Source: Candidatus Omnitrophota bacterium (GTDB lineage Bacteria > Omnitrophota > Gorgyraeia > Gygaellales > Profunditerraquicolaceae). Taken from it: a stretch of 64,000 nucleotides of DNA. Positions 27,383 through 37,643 of the stretch are shown piece by piece. Numbering within the stretch: position 1 is the stretch's first letter; the number at the start of each line of letters is the position of its first letter. The stretch is taken from NCBI GenBank assembly GCA_041650835.1, contig JBAZKL010000002.1:142477-206476 (forward strand), given 5' to 3'. The notes under the pieces were generated by a model. The model searched no databases and had not been told where the DNA came from. It saw nothing but the letters and a program-made list of their open reading frames with translations. Both the position numbers and the translations under genes were made by a program.

Positions 27383-28564
27383 ATGAGTAAGAAAACAGTA
27401 AAAGACCTGGATTTAAAACAAAAAACAGTTTTAATGCGTGCCGATTTTAATGTTCCTCTTGACGCTGCTTTATCCATTACCGATGATACCCGTATCAGAG
27501 AGACGGTGCCGACTATAAAGTATATCCTGGAACAGGGGGCTCAAAAGATTGTATTAATGAGCCATCTGGGAAGGCCTGAAGGAAAACGCGTCGAGAAATA
27601 CAGCCTTAAACCTGTAGCCGCTCAGTTGGCTAAGCTTACCGGTGTCGCGGTAAAGATGCTCGATGATTCTACCGGTGAGGCGGTAAAGAATGAAGTTAAG
27701 GCCGCGAAAGAAAAGATCGTCCTTTTAGAAAACCTCCGTTTCCACGCGGAAGAAGAGGCTAATGATGAGGTTTTCGCGAAAAATCTCGCTTGCCTCGGTG
27801 ATGTTTTCGTCAATGATGCCTTTGGGACTGCGCATCGCGCGCATGCTTCCACTGCGGGGGTGACAAAATACCTGGAATCGGCCGCGGGATTCCTTTTGGA
27901 AAAAGAGATCATTTATTTGGGCAATGCCGTTCAAAACCCTCAAAAGCCTTTTGCCGTTATTTTAGGCGGCGCTAAAGTATCAGACAAGATCGGAGTAATT
28001 GAGAATTTACTTCCCAAATGCGATACGATCCTGATAGGCGGAGGCATGGCGTATACGTTCTTGAAAGCGCAAGGCAAATCGATCGGTAATTCAAAGCTTG
28101 AAAAAGATAAGCTCGGTTTAGCTAAGAGCCTGCTTGATAAAGCCGTCGCCATGAAAAAAGAGATCGTCTTGCCTGTTGACCATGTGGTTGTGGAAGCCGT
28201 TGACGCGAATGCAAAATCTGAAATAACCGGGGAATCTATTCCTGACGGCAAAATAGCCGTAGATATAGGGCCCAGGACTATCGAATTGTTCAAAAACAAA
28301 TTAAGGCCCGCAAAAACTATTGTTTGGAACGGGCCGTTAGGGATATTCGAAATGGACGCATTCAGTAAAGGCACGCAAGCTGTGGCTGAATTTATCGCGA
28401 CGCTTAAAACAACGAGTATAATCGGCGGCGGCGATACTGCCGCGGCTGTGGCGAAGTTCAAGCTGCAGGATACAATGACGCATATTTCGACCGGCGGGGG
28501 AGCAAGCCTGGAGTTTCTTGAAGGCAAAGTCCTTCCGGGAGTTGCCGCGTTAACCGACAAGTAA
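27383..28564 (+). CDS. pgk: Phosphoglycerate kinase
   Basis: Full-length PGK with conserved blocks (RADFNVP, MSHLGRP, GGGDTAAA, GGGASLE). Confidence 0.9.
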   Translation: MSKKTVKDLDLKQKTVLMRADFNVPLDAALSITDDTRIRETVPTIKYILEQGAQKIVLMSHLGRPEGKRVEKYSLKPVAAQLAKLTGVAVKMLDDSTGEAVKNEVKAAKEKIVLLENLRFHAEEEANDEVFAKNLACLGDVFVNDAFGTAHRAHASTAGVTKYLESAAGFLLEKEIIYLGNAVQNPQKPFAVILGGAKVSDKIGVIENLLPKCDTILIGGGMAYTFLKAQGKSIGNSKLEKDKLGLAKSLLDKAVAMKKEIVLPVDHVVVEAVDANAKSEITGESIPDGKIAVDIGPRTIELFKNKLRPAKTIVWNGPLGIFEMDAFSKGTQAVAEFIATLKTTSIIGGGDTAAAVAKFKLQDTMTHISTGGGASLEFLEGKVLPGVAALTDK

Positions 28565-28580
28565 CCTTGACCGGAGGTTT

Positions 28581-28808
28581 ATGAATAAAAAACAGTATTT
28601 CACCGCCTGGGTAATGGGGGCAGCGATCTCATTGATTTTGTTCTTTACCCCCAAAATCACGACCTGGCAGAATGGATTGCTTATTTTACGCCAGGATAAA
28701 GCGTTTCTGGCGCCGTTAGTTAATTGGAGCCTGGTCGGCTCCTATAGTCTGATAATACTTATTATCGGCGGTTTACTCATTTATTCTTTCCGGGACAAAA
28801 ATAAATAA
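28581..28808 (+). CDS. Small 2-TM membrane protein (hypothetical)
   Basis: 75 aa with two hydrophobic helices. Start and stop are coupled to neighbours inside the pgk-tpiA interval. Confidence 0.3.
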   Translation: MNKKQYFTAWVMGAAISLILFFTPKITTWQNGLLILRQDKAFLAPLVNWSLVGSYSLIILIIGGLLIYSFRDKNK

Positions 28809-29083
28809 TGAAGACCAATCGTTTAATCTTGATCGTATGCTTACTCGTGCTCATCTTAGGATGCGCTACTGCGGTAAAAAAAGATGCGCCTGCCGATTTA
28901 AGCGCGCAACTCTTGGAACTATCGGAAATTATCGCTAAGAAAGACGCGGTTATCTTGAAAAAAGAGGCTGAGATCATAGCGTTACAGAAATTATTGAACG
29001 ATAGCGCCGCAGAGATAAAAGACAGGGACTTAAAAATCGACGCGTTAAAGGGTAAATTGAAAGGTTTCGGTGTTTTTGAATAA
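28808..29083 (+). CDS. Small lipoprotein with coiled-coil region (hypothetical)
   Basis: Lipobox LILG|C after a hydrophobic signal peptide. The remainder is heptad-like (AEIIALQKLLNDSAAEIKDRDLKIDALKGKLK). Confidence 0.4.
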   Translation: MKTNRLILIVCLLVLILGCATAVKKDAPADLSAQLLELSEIIAKKDAVILKKEAEIIALQKLLNDSAAEIKDRDLKIDALKGKLKGFGVFE

Positions 29084-29184
29084 TTGCCGCGTGCTCCTTG
29101 CGATAAATGTCTTTTATTTGACAGCGAGCTATTTCTGGGGTATACTTATTTTCCTTGTTTGAATAATGCAGAAAGGCATAAACT

Positions 29185-29958
29185 ATGCGTAAAACCATTA
29201 TAGCCGGTAACTGGAAGATGTATAAAACGATCCCTGAGGCCATAGAATTGGCTAATGGACTGAAAAGAGAGCTTTTTGAGTTGGACGGCCAAACTATAGA
29301 AATTGTCCTTTGTCCGCCTTTTACCTCACTCAGTGAAGTTTCTGAAGTCACTCAGAATTCGAATATCAGTTCAGGGGCGCAAGATGTATTTTGGCAGGAA
29401 GAGGGCGCTTTTACGGGAGAGATTTCCTGTAAGATGCTTAAAGATGCCGGCGCTCATTTTGTGATCATCGGCCATTCCGAACGCAGGCAGTTCTTCGGCG
29501 AAACAAATGATTCGGTCAATAAGAAACTTAAGGCGGTATTAAAGAGCGGCCTTATCCCGATTGTCTGCGTTGGAGAAAGCCTTGCTGAGCGCGAGGCGGG
29601 TAAGACCTTTGATGTCCTTAATAGCCATGTGCAGAATGGATTAAAGGACATTACCAAAGATGAGATGACGCGCACGGTCATTGCGTATGAACCGGTTTGG
29701 GCTATCGGTACCGGCAAAACCGCTACACCGAAACAGGCACAGGAAGTTCATGAATATATCAGGGGATTATTGATTAAAATGTTCGATAAAGAGACAGCGG
29801 TAAGCGTGCGGATACAATATGGAGGAAGTGTAAAACCGGATAACATTACTGAATTAATGAATCAGCCGGATATTGACGGGGCTTTGGTAGGCGGGGCGAG
29901 CCTGACGGTTGAATCGTTCAGTGAAATAGTGAAACGGGCACAAAAGGTGAAAAAATGA
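29185..29958 (+). CDS. tpiA: Triosephosphate isomerase
   Basis: IAGNWKM, GHSERR, AYEPVWAIGTGKTAT, YGGSV motifs. Confidence 0.9.
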   Translation: MRKTIIAGNWKMYKTIPEAIELANGLKRELFELDGQTIEIVLCPPFTSLSEVSEVTQNSNISSGAQDVFWQEEGAFTGEISCKMLKDAGAHFVIIGHSERRQFFGETNDSVNKKLKAVLKSGLIPIVCVGESLAEREAGKTFDVLNSHVQNGLKDITKDEMTRTVIAYEPVWAIGTGKTATPKQAQEVHEYIRGLLIKMFDKETAVSVRIQYGGSVKPDNITELMNQPDIDGALVGGASLTVESFSEIVKRAQKVKK

Positions 29959-30413
29959 TGGGGTTAATTGTCGCGGTACACGTGATCGTTTGCATAACTT
30001 TGATCATCCTGGTTTTGATACAGCGGGGAAAAGGCGGAGGGTTGGTCGAGAGTTTTTCAGGGATCGAATCGATGTTAGGGACTAAGACTAATGCGTTCTT
30101 GACAAGATCGACTACCGTATTGTCGGTTATTTTCTTTCTAACCTGTCTAAGCCTGGCATTTTTGTCGGTAAAACAAAGCAAATCATTGATGCAGAATGCT
30201 CAAACAAAGTCTCAAGCGGTCAAGGCTGCCGACACAAAAGCCGCACCCGAACCGGCGCAAACTCAGGAAAAAGCTGTTCCCGTAACCCCTGCTGTTTCAG
30301 AAAAGCCTCAAAACCCGCAGGCGCCTGCGCAAGCAACAGCCGTTGAAGTACCGGTTCCTGCAACTAAAGCGGCGGTTGAGCAGGGAAAACAAGCTGCAGA
30401 GAAGACCCAATAG
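29955..30413 (+). CDS. secG: Preprotein translocase subunit SecG with an extended Ala/Pro/Gln-rich C-terminal tail
   Basis: N-terminal SecG core (HVIVCITLIILVLIQRGKGGG...GTKTNAFLTRSTTVLSVIFFLTCLSLAFL). The ATG overlaps the tpiA stop (ATGA). Confidence 0.7.
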   Translation: MMGLIVAVHVIVCITLIILVLIQRGKGGGLVESFSGIESMLGTKTNAFLTRSTTVLSVIFFLTCLSLAFLSVKQSKSLMQNAQTKSQAVKAADTKAAPEPAQTQEKAVPVTPAVSEKPQNPQAPAQATAVEVPVPATKAAVEQGKQAAEKTQ

Positions 30414-30425
30414 CATTTAAGGTAG

Positions 30426-32087
30426 ATGTTGCTTGGCTTAAAAGAAGAATTATACGGCATATTCCGCAAGTATCCTCTTGTGCGGCTGAAAATTTTTATT
30501 GAAAGGCTGTCATTTTTAATGATAGCCTTTTTTATTTACGGGGGAGCCCTCGCGCAAGATTACGGGGATGCTTATGTTGCCGGATCGATCGCCGACGCGC
30601 GGACCCTTATTCCTATCTTAGCATCTGATTCGGCGTCATCTGAAATATGCGGGATGATCTTTAACGGCCTGATCAAATACGATAAGGATGTCAGCCTTGT
30701 AGGCGACCTCGCGGAAAGTTGGGAGATACGCGATGAAGGATTGACGATCATTTTCCATTTACGTAAAAACGTCTCCTGGCATGATGGCGCGCCGTTTACC
30801 GCCGGAGATGTCGAATTCACCTATTCTAAACTGATCGATCCCGCGGTCAAAACTCCTTATAGCGGCGATTTTGAGCGGGTAGAGTCTTTGGAGGTCCTTG
30901 ACGACTATACCGTTAAAGTGAAATATAAAGAACCGTTCTCACCAGGCTTATCGAGCTGGGGGATGCCGATCATGCCGCGGCATCTTCTGGAAAAACAGGA
31001 TTTGAGCAATACTCCTTTCAGCCGGCATCCGGTAGGCACCGGCCCCTATATGTTTAAATCCTGGCGGCCCCAGGAGAAGATCGAGTTGGCATCAAATCAT
31101 GATTATTATGAGAAAAGGCCTTATATCGATCGCTCTATCAGCCGGGTCATTCCTGATGAGGCTACCATGTTCCTTGAACTGCAAACGCAAGGCATTGATT
31201 CTTGCGGCCTTACTCCGCTGCAATACCTGCGCCAGACCAATACCGCATTTTTCAAAAAGCATTTCCGAAAATTCAATCTGCCTAATTTTAGCTATGTTTA
31301 TTTAGGGTATAATCTGTCCAATCCTCTGTTCAGCGACCGGCGCGTCAGGCAGGCGTTCAATTACGCAGTTAATAAAAAAGAGGTCATTGATATGGCGCTT
31401 TTGGGGTTAGGCAGGCCGTTGACCGGCCCGTTCATCCCTGATTCCTGGGCATATGACCAATCTGTCAACGAAGCTGCATTTGACCGGAAAAAAGCAGGCG
31501 AGCTTCTTAAAGAAGCCGGATGGACCGATAACAACGCAGACGGCTGGATTGAAAAAGAAGGAAAGATCTTCGAGTTTACGATCATTACCAACCAGGGAAA
31601 CCAGGAGCGTATCAAAGTAGCAGAGATCATCCAGCGGCAGCTCGGCGGCATCGGCGTTAAGGTTAAGATAAAAGTCGTCGAATGGAGTGTTTTCCTGACG
31701 GAATTCATCAATAAAAAAAACTTTGAAGCGGTGCTCCTGGGATGGTCGCTTTCCCGGGATCCCGATAATTTCGACATTTTCCACTCCTCAAAGACAAGGG
31801 AGGGGGAGTTTAATTTTGTCGGGTACCGCAATCAAGAAGTTGATGGTCTGTTAGTTGAAGCCCGGAGAGTTTTCGACCAGGAGAAAAGAAGATCCTATTA
31901 TCATCAGGTACACCGGATCATTTATGATGATCAGCCCTATATGTTCCTGTATGCCCCGGATAATCTGTCGATCCTTAATGCCCGATTCAACGGGATAAAG
32001 CCTGCCCCTCTCGGTATAGGGTATAATTTTATTGACTGGTGGGTAAAAAAGCAGGACCAGAGATATAATAGAATGAGCAGCGAGTAA
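30426..32087 (+). CDS. ABC transporter substrate-binding protein, family 5 (oligopeptide/dipeptide/nickel type)
   Basis: SBP_bac_5 architecture, length about 550 aa, N-terminal signal/anchor. Followed by cognate permeases and ATPases. Confidence 0.75.
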   Translation: MLLGLKEELYGIFRKYPLVRLKIFIERLSFLMIAFFIYGGALAQDYGDAYVAGSIADARTLIPILASDSASSEICGMIFNGLIKYDKDVSLVGDLAESWEIRDEGLTIIFHLRKNVSWHDGAPFTAGDVEFTYSKLIDPAVKTPYSGDFERVESLEVLDDYTVKVKYKEPFSPGLSSWGMPIMPRHLLEKQDLSNTPFSRHPVGTGPYMFKSWRPQEKIELASNHDYYEKRPYIDRSISRVIPDEATMFLELQTQGIDSCGLTPLQYLRQTNTAFFKKHFRKFNLPNFSYVYLGYNLSNPLFSDRRVRQAFNYAVNKKEVIDMALLGLGRPLTGPFIPDSWAYDQSVNEAAFDRKKAGELLKEAGWTDNNADGWIEKEGKIFEFTIITNQGNQERIKVAEIIQRQLGGIGVKVKIKVVEWSVFLTEFINKKNFEAVLLGWSLSRDPDNFDIFHSSKTREGEFNFVGYRNQEVDGLLVEARRVFDQEKRRSYYHQVHRIIYDDQPYMFLYAPDNLSILNARFNGIKPAPLGIGYNFIDWWVKKQDQRYNRMSSE

Positions 32088-32114
32088 GCAGGTATCATTA
32101 AACGGAACAAGCGC

Positions 32115-33089
32115 ATGGGAACATATATTATAAGAAGGTTATTGGGAATAATTCCGCTGCTCTTGGGGATCACCTTGTTGAGTTTTTTTATGATCCATCT
32201 GGCTCCCGGAAAGCCCTCGGTCTTGCAAGAATCGATGAACCCGAAGATCTCTCTTGAAGTCAGGAACCGTTTGGAAAAACTTTACGGGCTGGATAAGCCG
32301 CTGCCGGCCCAGTACCTGCTTTGGTTGCAACGCTTGCTGAAGCTGGACTTTGGGCGTTCTTTGGGGGATGACCGGCCGGTCATAGAAAAAATAAACGAGC
32401 GTATACCGGTAACGTTGGCTATTAACTTCCTTTCGATGTTTTTTTTATTTCTTATCGCGGTACCGTTGGGCATCCAATGCGCCGTAAAACAGGGATCATT
32501 TTTCGATCATACCGCGACTTTTCTCCTTTTTTTATTTTTTGCCGCTCCCACATTCTGGCTGGCACTCCTGCTTATGCAATTCTTCGGAATAACGTTAGGG
32601 TGGCTTCCAATCTCAGGATTGAAATCACTTGATTATGATTATTTTAACTGGTGGCAGAAAATAGGGGATTTGTCCAGGCATTTGCTCCTGCCGGTAGCGG
32701 TTTCCGCGTTCGGAAGCCTCGCGGGGGTAAGCCGGTACATGCGGTCAAATATGATCGAAACTTTGCAGCAACCCTATATTTATACTGCCCGGGCCAAAGG
32801 ACTGCCTGAAGCCGTGGTGATCTATAAACACGCGTTACGTAACGCTATACTGCCTATTGTAACCATTATCGGCTTGTCAATACCCGGCCTTTTAGGCGGA
32901 AGCGTTATTTTTGAATCGATATTCGCATTGCCCGGGATTGGAAGACTCTTTTATGAGGCGGTCATGATGCGGGATTATCCCCTGATAATGGCAGAAGTTG
33001 TTTTAGGTGCGGTCCTTACCATGACGGGCAATCTCATAGCCGATATTGCTTACGCGTACGTAGATCCAAGGATCCGTTACAGGAAGTAA
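32115..33089 (+). CDS. ABC transporter permease (OppB/DppB-like)
   Basis: BPD_transp_1 with N-terminal OppB-type region and EAA-like loop ([12 protein letters not shown]...RNAILP). Confidence 0.8.
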   Translation: MGTYIIRRLLGIIPLLLGITLLSFFMIHLAPGKPSVLQESMNPKISLEVRNRLEKLYGLDKPLPAQYLLWLQRLLKLDFGRSLGDDRPVIEKINERIPVTLAINFLSMFFLFLIAVPLGIQCAVKQGSFFDHTATFLLFLFFAAPTFWLALLLMQFFGITLGWLPISGLKSLDYDYFNWWQKIGDLSRHLLLPVAVSAFGSLAGVSRYMRSNMIETLQQPYIYTARAKGLPEAVVIYKHALRNAILPIVTIIGLSIPGLLGGSVIFESIFALPGIGRLFYEAVMMRDYPLIMAEVVLGAVLTMTGNLIADIAYAYVDPRIRYRK

Positions 33090-33093
33090 AGGT

Positions 33094-33891
33094 ATGATGA
33101 ATAAAACATTGATTATCGGGGTTATACTTATCGGCTTCTTTACATTTATCGCGGTGCTGGCGCCCTTCCTGAGCCCGTATGACCCGTCAGAAATGAACCA
33201 GGCTCATATGCTCATGGCACCCTCAAGCGAGCACTGGTTGGGCACTGACAGCTTAGGCAGGGATATTTTAAGCAGGATGATGTATGGAGCGCGGATCTCT
33301 TTGACAATCGGCTTGATCGCTGTGGGGATCGCTACCATGCTCGGGCTTGTTTTAGGGGCAGTGGCAGGGTTTTACGGCGGATTTATCGATTCGATTATTA
33401 TGCGCTTTACCGATATCATGCTTTGTTTTCCGACTTTTTTCCTGCTTTTGGCGGCAGTGGCGTTCCTTGAATCATCGATTTTTAATATAATGGTAATAAT
33501 CGGTTTGACCAGCTGGATGGGTCCCGCGCGCCTTATCCGGGGAGAAATACTTTCTCTTAAAGAAAGAGAGTTTATACAGGCGGAACACGCCTTAGGAGCT
33601 TCTCACTATAGAATAATAGCTTTACATTTGATCCCTAATGCGCTCGCACCCGTGCTGGTTAACGCGACGTTAGGCATTGCCGCCGCTATACTTTTAGAGT
33701 CGGGTTTGAGTTTTCTCGGTTTAGGCGTGCAGCCCCCGGTCCCCAGTTGGGGAAATATCCTGATCGAATCGAAATCGACTCTCGGCATTGCCTGGTGGAT
33801 AACGCTTTTCCCCGGGGCGGCGATACTGTTGACCATCCTGGGATTTAATTTCATTGCCGAAGGATTAAAGCGAAAGTTCGGCGGAGTTTAA
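33094..33891 (+). CDS. ABC transporter permease (OppC/DppC-like)
   Basis: OppC-type N-terminus (HWLGTDSLGRDILSR) and an EAA loop (ALGASHYRIIALHLIPNALAP). Confidence 0.8.
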   Translation: MMNKTLIIGVILIGFFTFIAVLAPFLSPYDPSEMNQAHMLMAPSSEHWLGTDSLGRDILSRMMYGARISLTIGLIAVGIATMLGLVLGAVAGFYGGFIDSIIMRFTDIMLCFPTFFLLLAAVAFLESSIFNIMVIIGLTSWMGPARLIRGEILSLKEREFIQAEHALGASHYRIIALHLIPNALAPVLVNATLGIAAAILLESGLSFLGLGVQPPVPSWGNILIESKSTLGIAWWITLFPGAAILLTILGFNFIAEGLKRKFGGV

Positions 33892-33894
33892 TCA

Positions 33895-34689
33895 ATGGAC
33901 AATCTGTTAAAAATACGGGGCCTGAAGGTTAATTTTTATATAGGCGCGCAGGTCATTACCGCCGTTGATGGCCTTGACCTTGATATCGGCTGCAAAGAGG
34001 TTGTTGTTCTTGCCGGAGAATCGGGGTCAGGAAAGACCGTCTCAGCGCTGGCTGTTACGCGTATTTTACCTGCGAACGCCAGGGTGGAGGCAGGGAGCAT
34101 TATTTTTTCCGGCAGGGATTTATTGTCAATCGATGAGCAAGCTTTACGCGCTGTTCGAGGTAAAGATATCTCGTATGTATTCCAGGAGCCGGCAAGTTAT
34201 TTGAATCCCGTCTATACGATCGGCGGCCAGATCCAGGAGGCTGTCCGCTTGCATCAAAAAACGACAAAACAAGTTGCTGCCGCAGAAACACTGAGGTTAT
34301 TGGAAGAGGTCAAGATCACCGATCCCCGCAGGGTGGCATCCTCTTATCCACACCAGCTTTCAGGAGGGATGAATCAACGGGCGCTTATCGCTATGAGCCT
34401 GGCAAGCTGCCCTAAGCTTTTGATCGCCGATGAACCTACTACGGCGCTGGATGTCACCATTGAGGCTGAGATCCTTGCGCTCTTGACCACGCTTAAATCC
34501 AAACTCGGATTTTCGCTGCTTTTTATAACGCACAATCTTTCGATAGCCAGGCGCATCGCAGACCGGGTGGCAGTGATGTACCGCGGGAAGATGGTTGAAG
34601 AAGCGCCCTCCCAAGACATCTTTAAGGACCCAAAACATTTTCACACAAAAGAGCTTATCAGCGCTTACGAAAAGATCGGAAGGATCTAA
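33895..34689 (+). CDS. ABC transporter ATP-binding protein (OppD/DppD-like)
   Basis: Walker A GESGSGKT, signature LSGGMNQR, Walker B LLIADEPT. Confidence 0.85.
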   Translation: MDNLLKIRGLKVNFYIGAQVITAVDGLDLDIGCKEVVVLAGESGSGKTVSALAVTRILPANARVEAGSIIFSGRDLLSIDEQALRAVRGKDISYVFQEPASYLNPVYTIGGQIQEAVRLHQKTTKQVAAAETLRLLEEVKITDPRRVASSYPHQLSGGMNQRALIAMSLASCPKLLIADEPTTALDVTIEAEILALLTTLKSKLGFSLLFITHNLSIARRIADRVAVMYRGKMVEEAPSQDIFKDPKHFHTKELISAYEKIGRI

Positions 34690-34706
34690 ACTATCGTGAT
34701 TATTTT

Positions 34707-35465
34707 ATGGAAAGCATAGTCGAAGTAAAAAATATTTATAAGGATTTCAAGGTTGCAGGCGGCCTTTTGCCGAATGAAGCGGCAGTTGTGCATGCCCTCA
34801 AGGACGTCAGTTTTTCCATCAATGAATTTACCACGGTCGGGATCGCGGGGGAATCAGGATCGGGAAAAACGACTTTGGCTAAAATAATCTTAAAATTGAT
34901 CACCCCAACCCGGGGAGAAATAATTTTCCACGCGCAAAAGGTCCGTAATTTGCGCAAAGACGCGCAGATCATCTTCCAAAACCCTTATAACAGCTTGGAT
35001 CCGAAAATGCGCGTTTTTGACGCGGTCGCCGAGCCGCTTTTGATCCATGGGATACTGCCGCGCAAGGATATAAAAGGAAGGGTTTTTGAGTTAATGAAAA
35101 TGGTCGGGCTCCAGGAGAATATGTCGGGAAGGTTTCCCGCGGCTTTCTCCGGAGGACAACGGCAGCGGATCTGCATCGCGCGCGCCCTCGCGTGTGAACC
35201 GAAATTCCTCGTGCTCGATGAGCCGCTGTCAAGCCTCGACCTGACAATACAAGCTAAGCTTCTTGAACTTTTTCTTACGCTTAAAACAAAATTAAAATTG
35301 ACCTATTTGTTGATATCGCATAACCTGGCGGTCATAAAAAACATCACCGATGAAGTTATCATAATGCAGAACGGAAGGATCGTTGAACAGCAGTCTACAT
35401 CTGAAATCTTTTCGCGCCCGCGCAGCGCGTATACGCAAAAACTTCTTGACGCCGCGAGAGGCTGA
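34707..35465 (+). CDS. ABC transporter ATP-binding protein (OppF/DppF-like)
   Basis: Walker A GESGSGKTT, signature FSGGQRQR, Walker B LVLDEPLS. Confidence 0.85.
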   Translation: MESIVEVKNIYKDFKVAGGLLPNEAAVVHALKDVSFSINEFTTVGIAGESGSGKTTLAKIILKLITPTRGEIIFHAQKVRNLRKDAQIIFQNPYNSLDPKMRVFDAVAEPLLIHGILPRKDIKGRVFELMKMVGLQENMSGRFPAAFSGGQRQRICIARALACEPKFLVLDEPLSSLDLTIQAKLLELFLTLKTKLKLTYLLISHNLAVIKNITDEVIIMQNGRIVEQQSTSEIFSRPRSAYTQKLLDAARG

Positions 35466-35555
35466 AAATACGCGAGCCCTACGGCAGAAAACGGCACAAC
35501 GGTGTGAGATGATCTTTCAGGTAAAATTAACATGATAAAAAAAATAAAAAAAACA

Positions 35556-35584
35556 TTTGACAAATTCTAAATGTATGTTAAACT
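35556..35584 (+). promoter_or_regulatory. Sigma70-like promoter candidate for rplM-rpsI
   Basis: TTGACA at 35556-35561, 17-bp spacer, TAAACT at 35579-35584. Preceded by an A-rich UP-like tract. Confidence 0.4.
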
Positions 35585-35593
35585 TTTTATTCT

Positions 35594-36025
35594 ATGAAAA
35601 CAACCTACATTCCTAAAAAAGAAGATATCAAGAGAAAATGGTATTTGGTCGATGCCCAGGATAAAACCTTGGGCAGGATGGCTGCAAGGATTGCCAGTAT
35701 CCTTCGGGGTAAACACAAAGCGATGTATACTCCTCATTTGGACACAGGTGACGGAGTCATTGTTATCAATGCCGCCAAGGTCAAGGTCACCGGCAAAAAA
35801 TTACAGCAGAAAGTTTACCGCAGGTATTCAGGTTACCCGGACGGCTTACACGAAGTCGGGATGGATACTATGTTTGCCAAGAAGCCTGAAACAGTCGTAA
35901 AATTAGCGGTGAAGCGGATGCTCTCCCAAGGGCCATTGGGAAGAGAAATGTTTAAGAAGCTTAAAGTTTATGCTGATGATCAATATCCGCATAAAGCTCA
36001 AAAACCGGAACTACTCGAACTTTAA
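35594..36025 (+). CDS. rplM: 50S ribosomal protein L13
   Basis: KRKWYLVDAQDKTLGRMAARIASILRGKHK... canonical L13. Confidence 0.9.
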   Translation: MKTTYIPKKEDIKRKWYLVDAQDKTLGRMAARIASILRGKHKAMYTPHLDTGDGVIVINAAKVKVTGKKLQQKVYRRYSGYPDGLHEVGMDTMFAKKPETVVKLAVKRMLSQGPLGREMFKKLKVYADDQYPHKAQKPELLEL

Positions 36026-36034
36026 GGATATATA

Positions 36035-36427
36035 ATGGAACATATTACGAAAATCTTAGTTGGAAGGCGTAAAGAAGCGATAGCTCGTGTTTTCTTGACC
36101 CAGGGAAAAGGCACCATCATCGTCAATGATATGCCCTGCGATAAATATTTCTCTCGTGAGACCGACCGGATCATCATCAAACAGCCTTTGCGGGTCACGA
36201 ACACCCTGAACAAGTATGACGTGAGCGCCAATATTTGCGGCGGAGGGCTTGCGGGACAGGCAGGAGCGTTGCGCCATAGTATTTCAAGAGCGTTAGTTGC
36301 CGCTGAACCGGAATTGAAAGATTTATTGCGTAAGAACGGCTATTTAACCAGGGATCCCCGCATGAAGGAGCGCAAGAAATTCGGACAGAAGGGCGCTCGG
36401 AAACGCTTCCAGTGGACAAAGAGGTAA
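36035..36427 (+). CDS. rpsI: 30S ribosomal protein S9
   Basis: [10 protein letters not shown]...[19 protein letters not shown]...[25 protein letters not shown]. Confidence 0.9.
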   Translation: MEHITKILVGRRKEAIARVFLTQGKGTIIVNDMPCDKYFSRETDRIIIKQPLRVTNTLNKYDVSANICGGGLAGQAGALRHSISRALVAAEPELKDLLRKNGYLTRDPRMKERKKFGQKGARKRFQWTKR

Positions 36428-36465
36428 TGGACTAAAAACAACAGATATAGATTCAGATCGTAAAG

Positions 36466-36497
36466 AATCCCGCTCGGAAGACGCGGGATTTTTTATT
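36466..36497 (+). terminator. Rho-independent terminator after rpsI
   Basis: aatcccgc-tcggaagac-gcgggatt followed by ttttttatttt. Confidence 0.7.
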
Positions 36498-36528
36498 TTA
36501 CGGGCGCTTTTTTCCGACGAGAAAATTC

Positions 36529-36557
36529 TTGACTACAGAATGGTTTTAATATAAAAT
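36529..36557 (+). promoter_or_regulatory. Sigma70-like promoter candidate for the arg operon, in an AT-rich region that could also hold an ArgR operator
   Basis: TTGACT at 36529-36534, 17-bp spacer, TAAAAT at 36552-36557. AT-rich semi-palindromic sequence atataaaatattaaacactataaatat lies downstream. Confidence 0.4.
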
Positions 36558-36613
36558 ATTAAACACTATAAATATCCCGCCGGAAAAGATAAATTCCCGG
36601 CAAAGGAGCGTCG

Positions 36614-37630
36614 ATGATTAATGTTGGTATTGCCGGTGCTACCGGCTATACGGGCGAAGAACTCATCTCTATTCTTTTAAAGCATCCCGAGGTCAGGATC
36701 GCCAATGTTTCCTCAAGTTCCGACCGGTTAAAGCCTATCTCCGAGATCATTCCTAAATTTTCAGGGCGTATCGGGCTTATGTGTAATAAGCTGAACGTCG
36801 ATTCGCTTATCAAGGATTGTGACCTCATCTTTCTGGCACTGCCGCATACGGTTTCCATGGAGATCGTCCCGAAATTATTGTTAGCGGGAAAGCGAGTGAT
36901 CGACTTAAGCGCCGATTATCGTTTTAAAGATACCGGCATATATGAACAGTACTATCGGGTTTCCCATAAAGACAGTTCAAACCTTAAAGCGGCAGTTTAT
37001 GGTTTACCGGAGCTCTACCGGCAGAAGATCAAGAGCGCCCGGCTTGTCGCTAATCCCGGGTGTTATCCGACTGCCGCGATTTTAGGCTTAGCGCCGGTCA
37101 TCGCGATAAATTCCATCGATACCGGTTCTATTATAATCGACGCTAAATCAGGCGTTTCCGGGGCAGGCAAGAAATTATCTCCCGAATATCTTTTTTCCGA
37201 GATTACCGATGATTTCCGCGCTTATAAAGTTAACGCGCATCAGCACGCGCCCGAGATAATCCAGGTATTGTCGAACCTCTCGAGAAAAAAAATAAGGCTT
37301 ATTTTCGTGCCTCATCTCTTGCCGTTAAAACGCGGGATACTCGAAACAATATATATTCGCACGAAGAACGCGAAGAAGATCACGCAGGACCTGCTTTCGC
37401 TGTACCGCAAGTTTTACCAGAAGGAACCGTTCGTCCGTGTCAAAGAGGAGGGTGTTTATCCTTCCCTTAAAGATGTCGCGGGGACAAATTTCTGCGATAT
37501 CGGGATTAAAGCCGATGGCGATACAGTTATTATTATTGCCGCTATCGATAATCTTTTAAAGGGTGCTTCAGGCCAGGCTGTCCAGAATTTGAATATCATG
37601 TACAAGTTCCCTGAAAGGACCGCATTATAA
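36614..37630 (+). CDS. argC: N-acetyl-gamma-glutamyl-phosphate reductase
   Basis: VGIAGATGYTGEEL, ANPGCYPTA (active-site Cys) motifs. Confidence 0.9.
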   Translation: MINVGIAGATGYTGEELISILLKHPEVRIANVSSSSDRLKPISEIIPKFSGRIGLMCNKLNVDSLIKDCDLIFLALPHTVSMEIVPKLLLAGKRVIDLSADYRFKDTGIYEQYYRVSHKDSSNLKAAVYGLPELYRQKIKSARLVANPGCYPTAAILGLAPVIAINSIDTGSIIIDAKSGVSGAGKKLSPEYLFSEITDDFRAYKVNAHQHAPEIIQVLSNLSRKKIRLIFVPHLLPLKRGILETIYIRTKNAKKITQDLLSLYRKFYQKEPFVRVKEEGVYPSLKDVAGTNFCDIGIKADGDTVIIIAAIDNLLKGASGQAVQNLNIMYKFPERTAL

Positions 37631-37643
37631 TCTTTTTAACCTT

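Noticed and set aside
27077-27390. Two overlapping + strand ORFs (92 aa and 70 aa) between the histidine kinase and pgk
   Set aside because: They cover the inverted family-C element and the pgk promoter region. They have no RBS and a composition driven by the repeat, and they are mutually overlapping in different frames.
27940-28560. 206-aa minus-strand ORF antisense to pgk, and similar long antisense ORFs (22109-22807 in gap, 37751-38512 in argJ, 39204-39737 in argB, 45929-46573 in dapF, 55440-56081 in uvrA, 31361-31831 in the ABC SBP)
   Set aside because: Each lies fully inside a strongly supported, highly conserved + strand gene. They are typical antisense open frames of GC-biased codon third positions, with no independent motif support.
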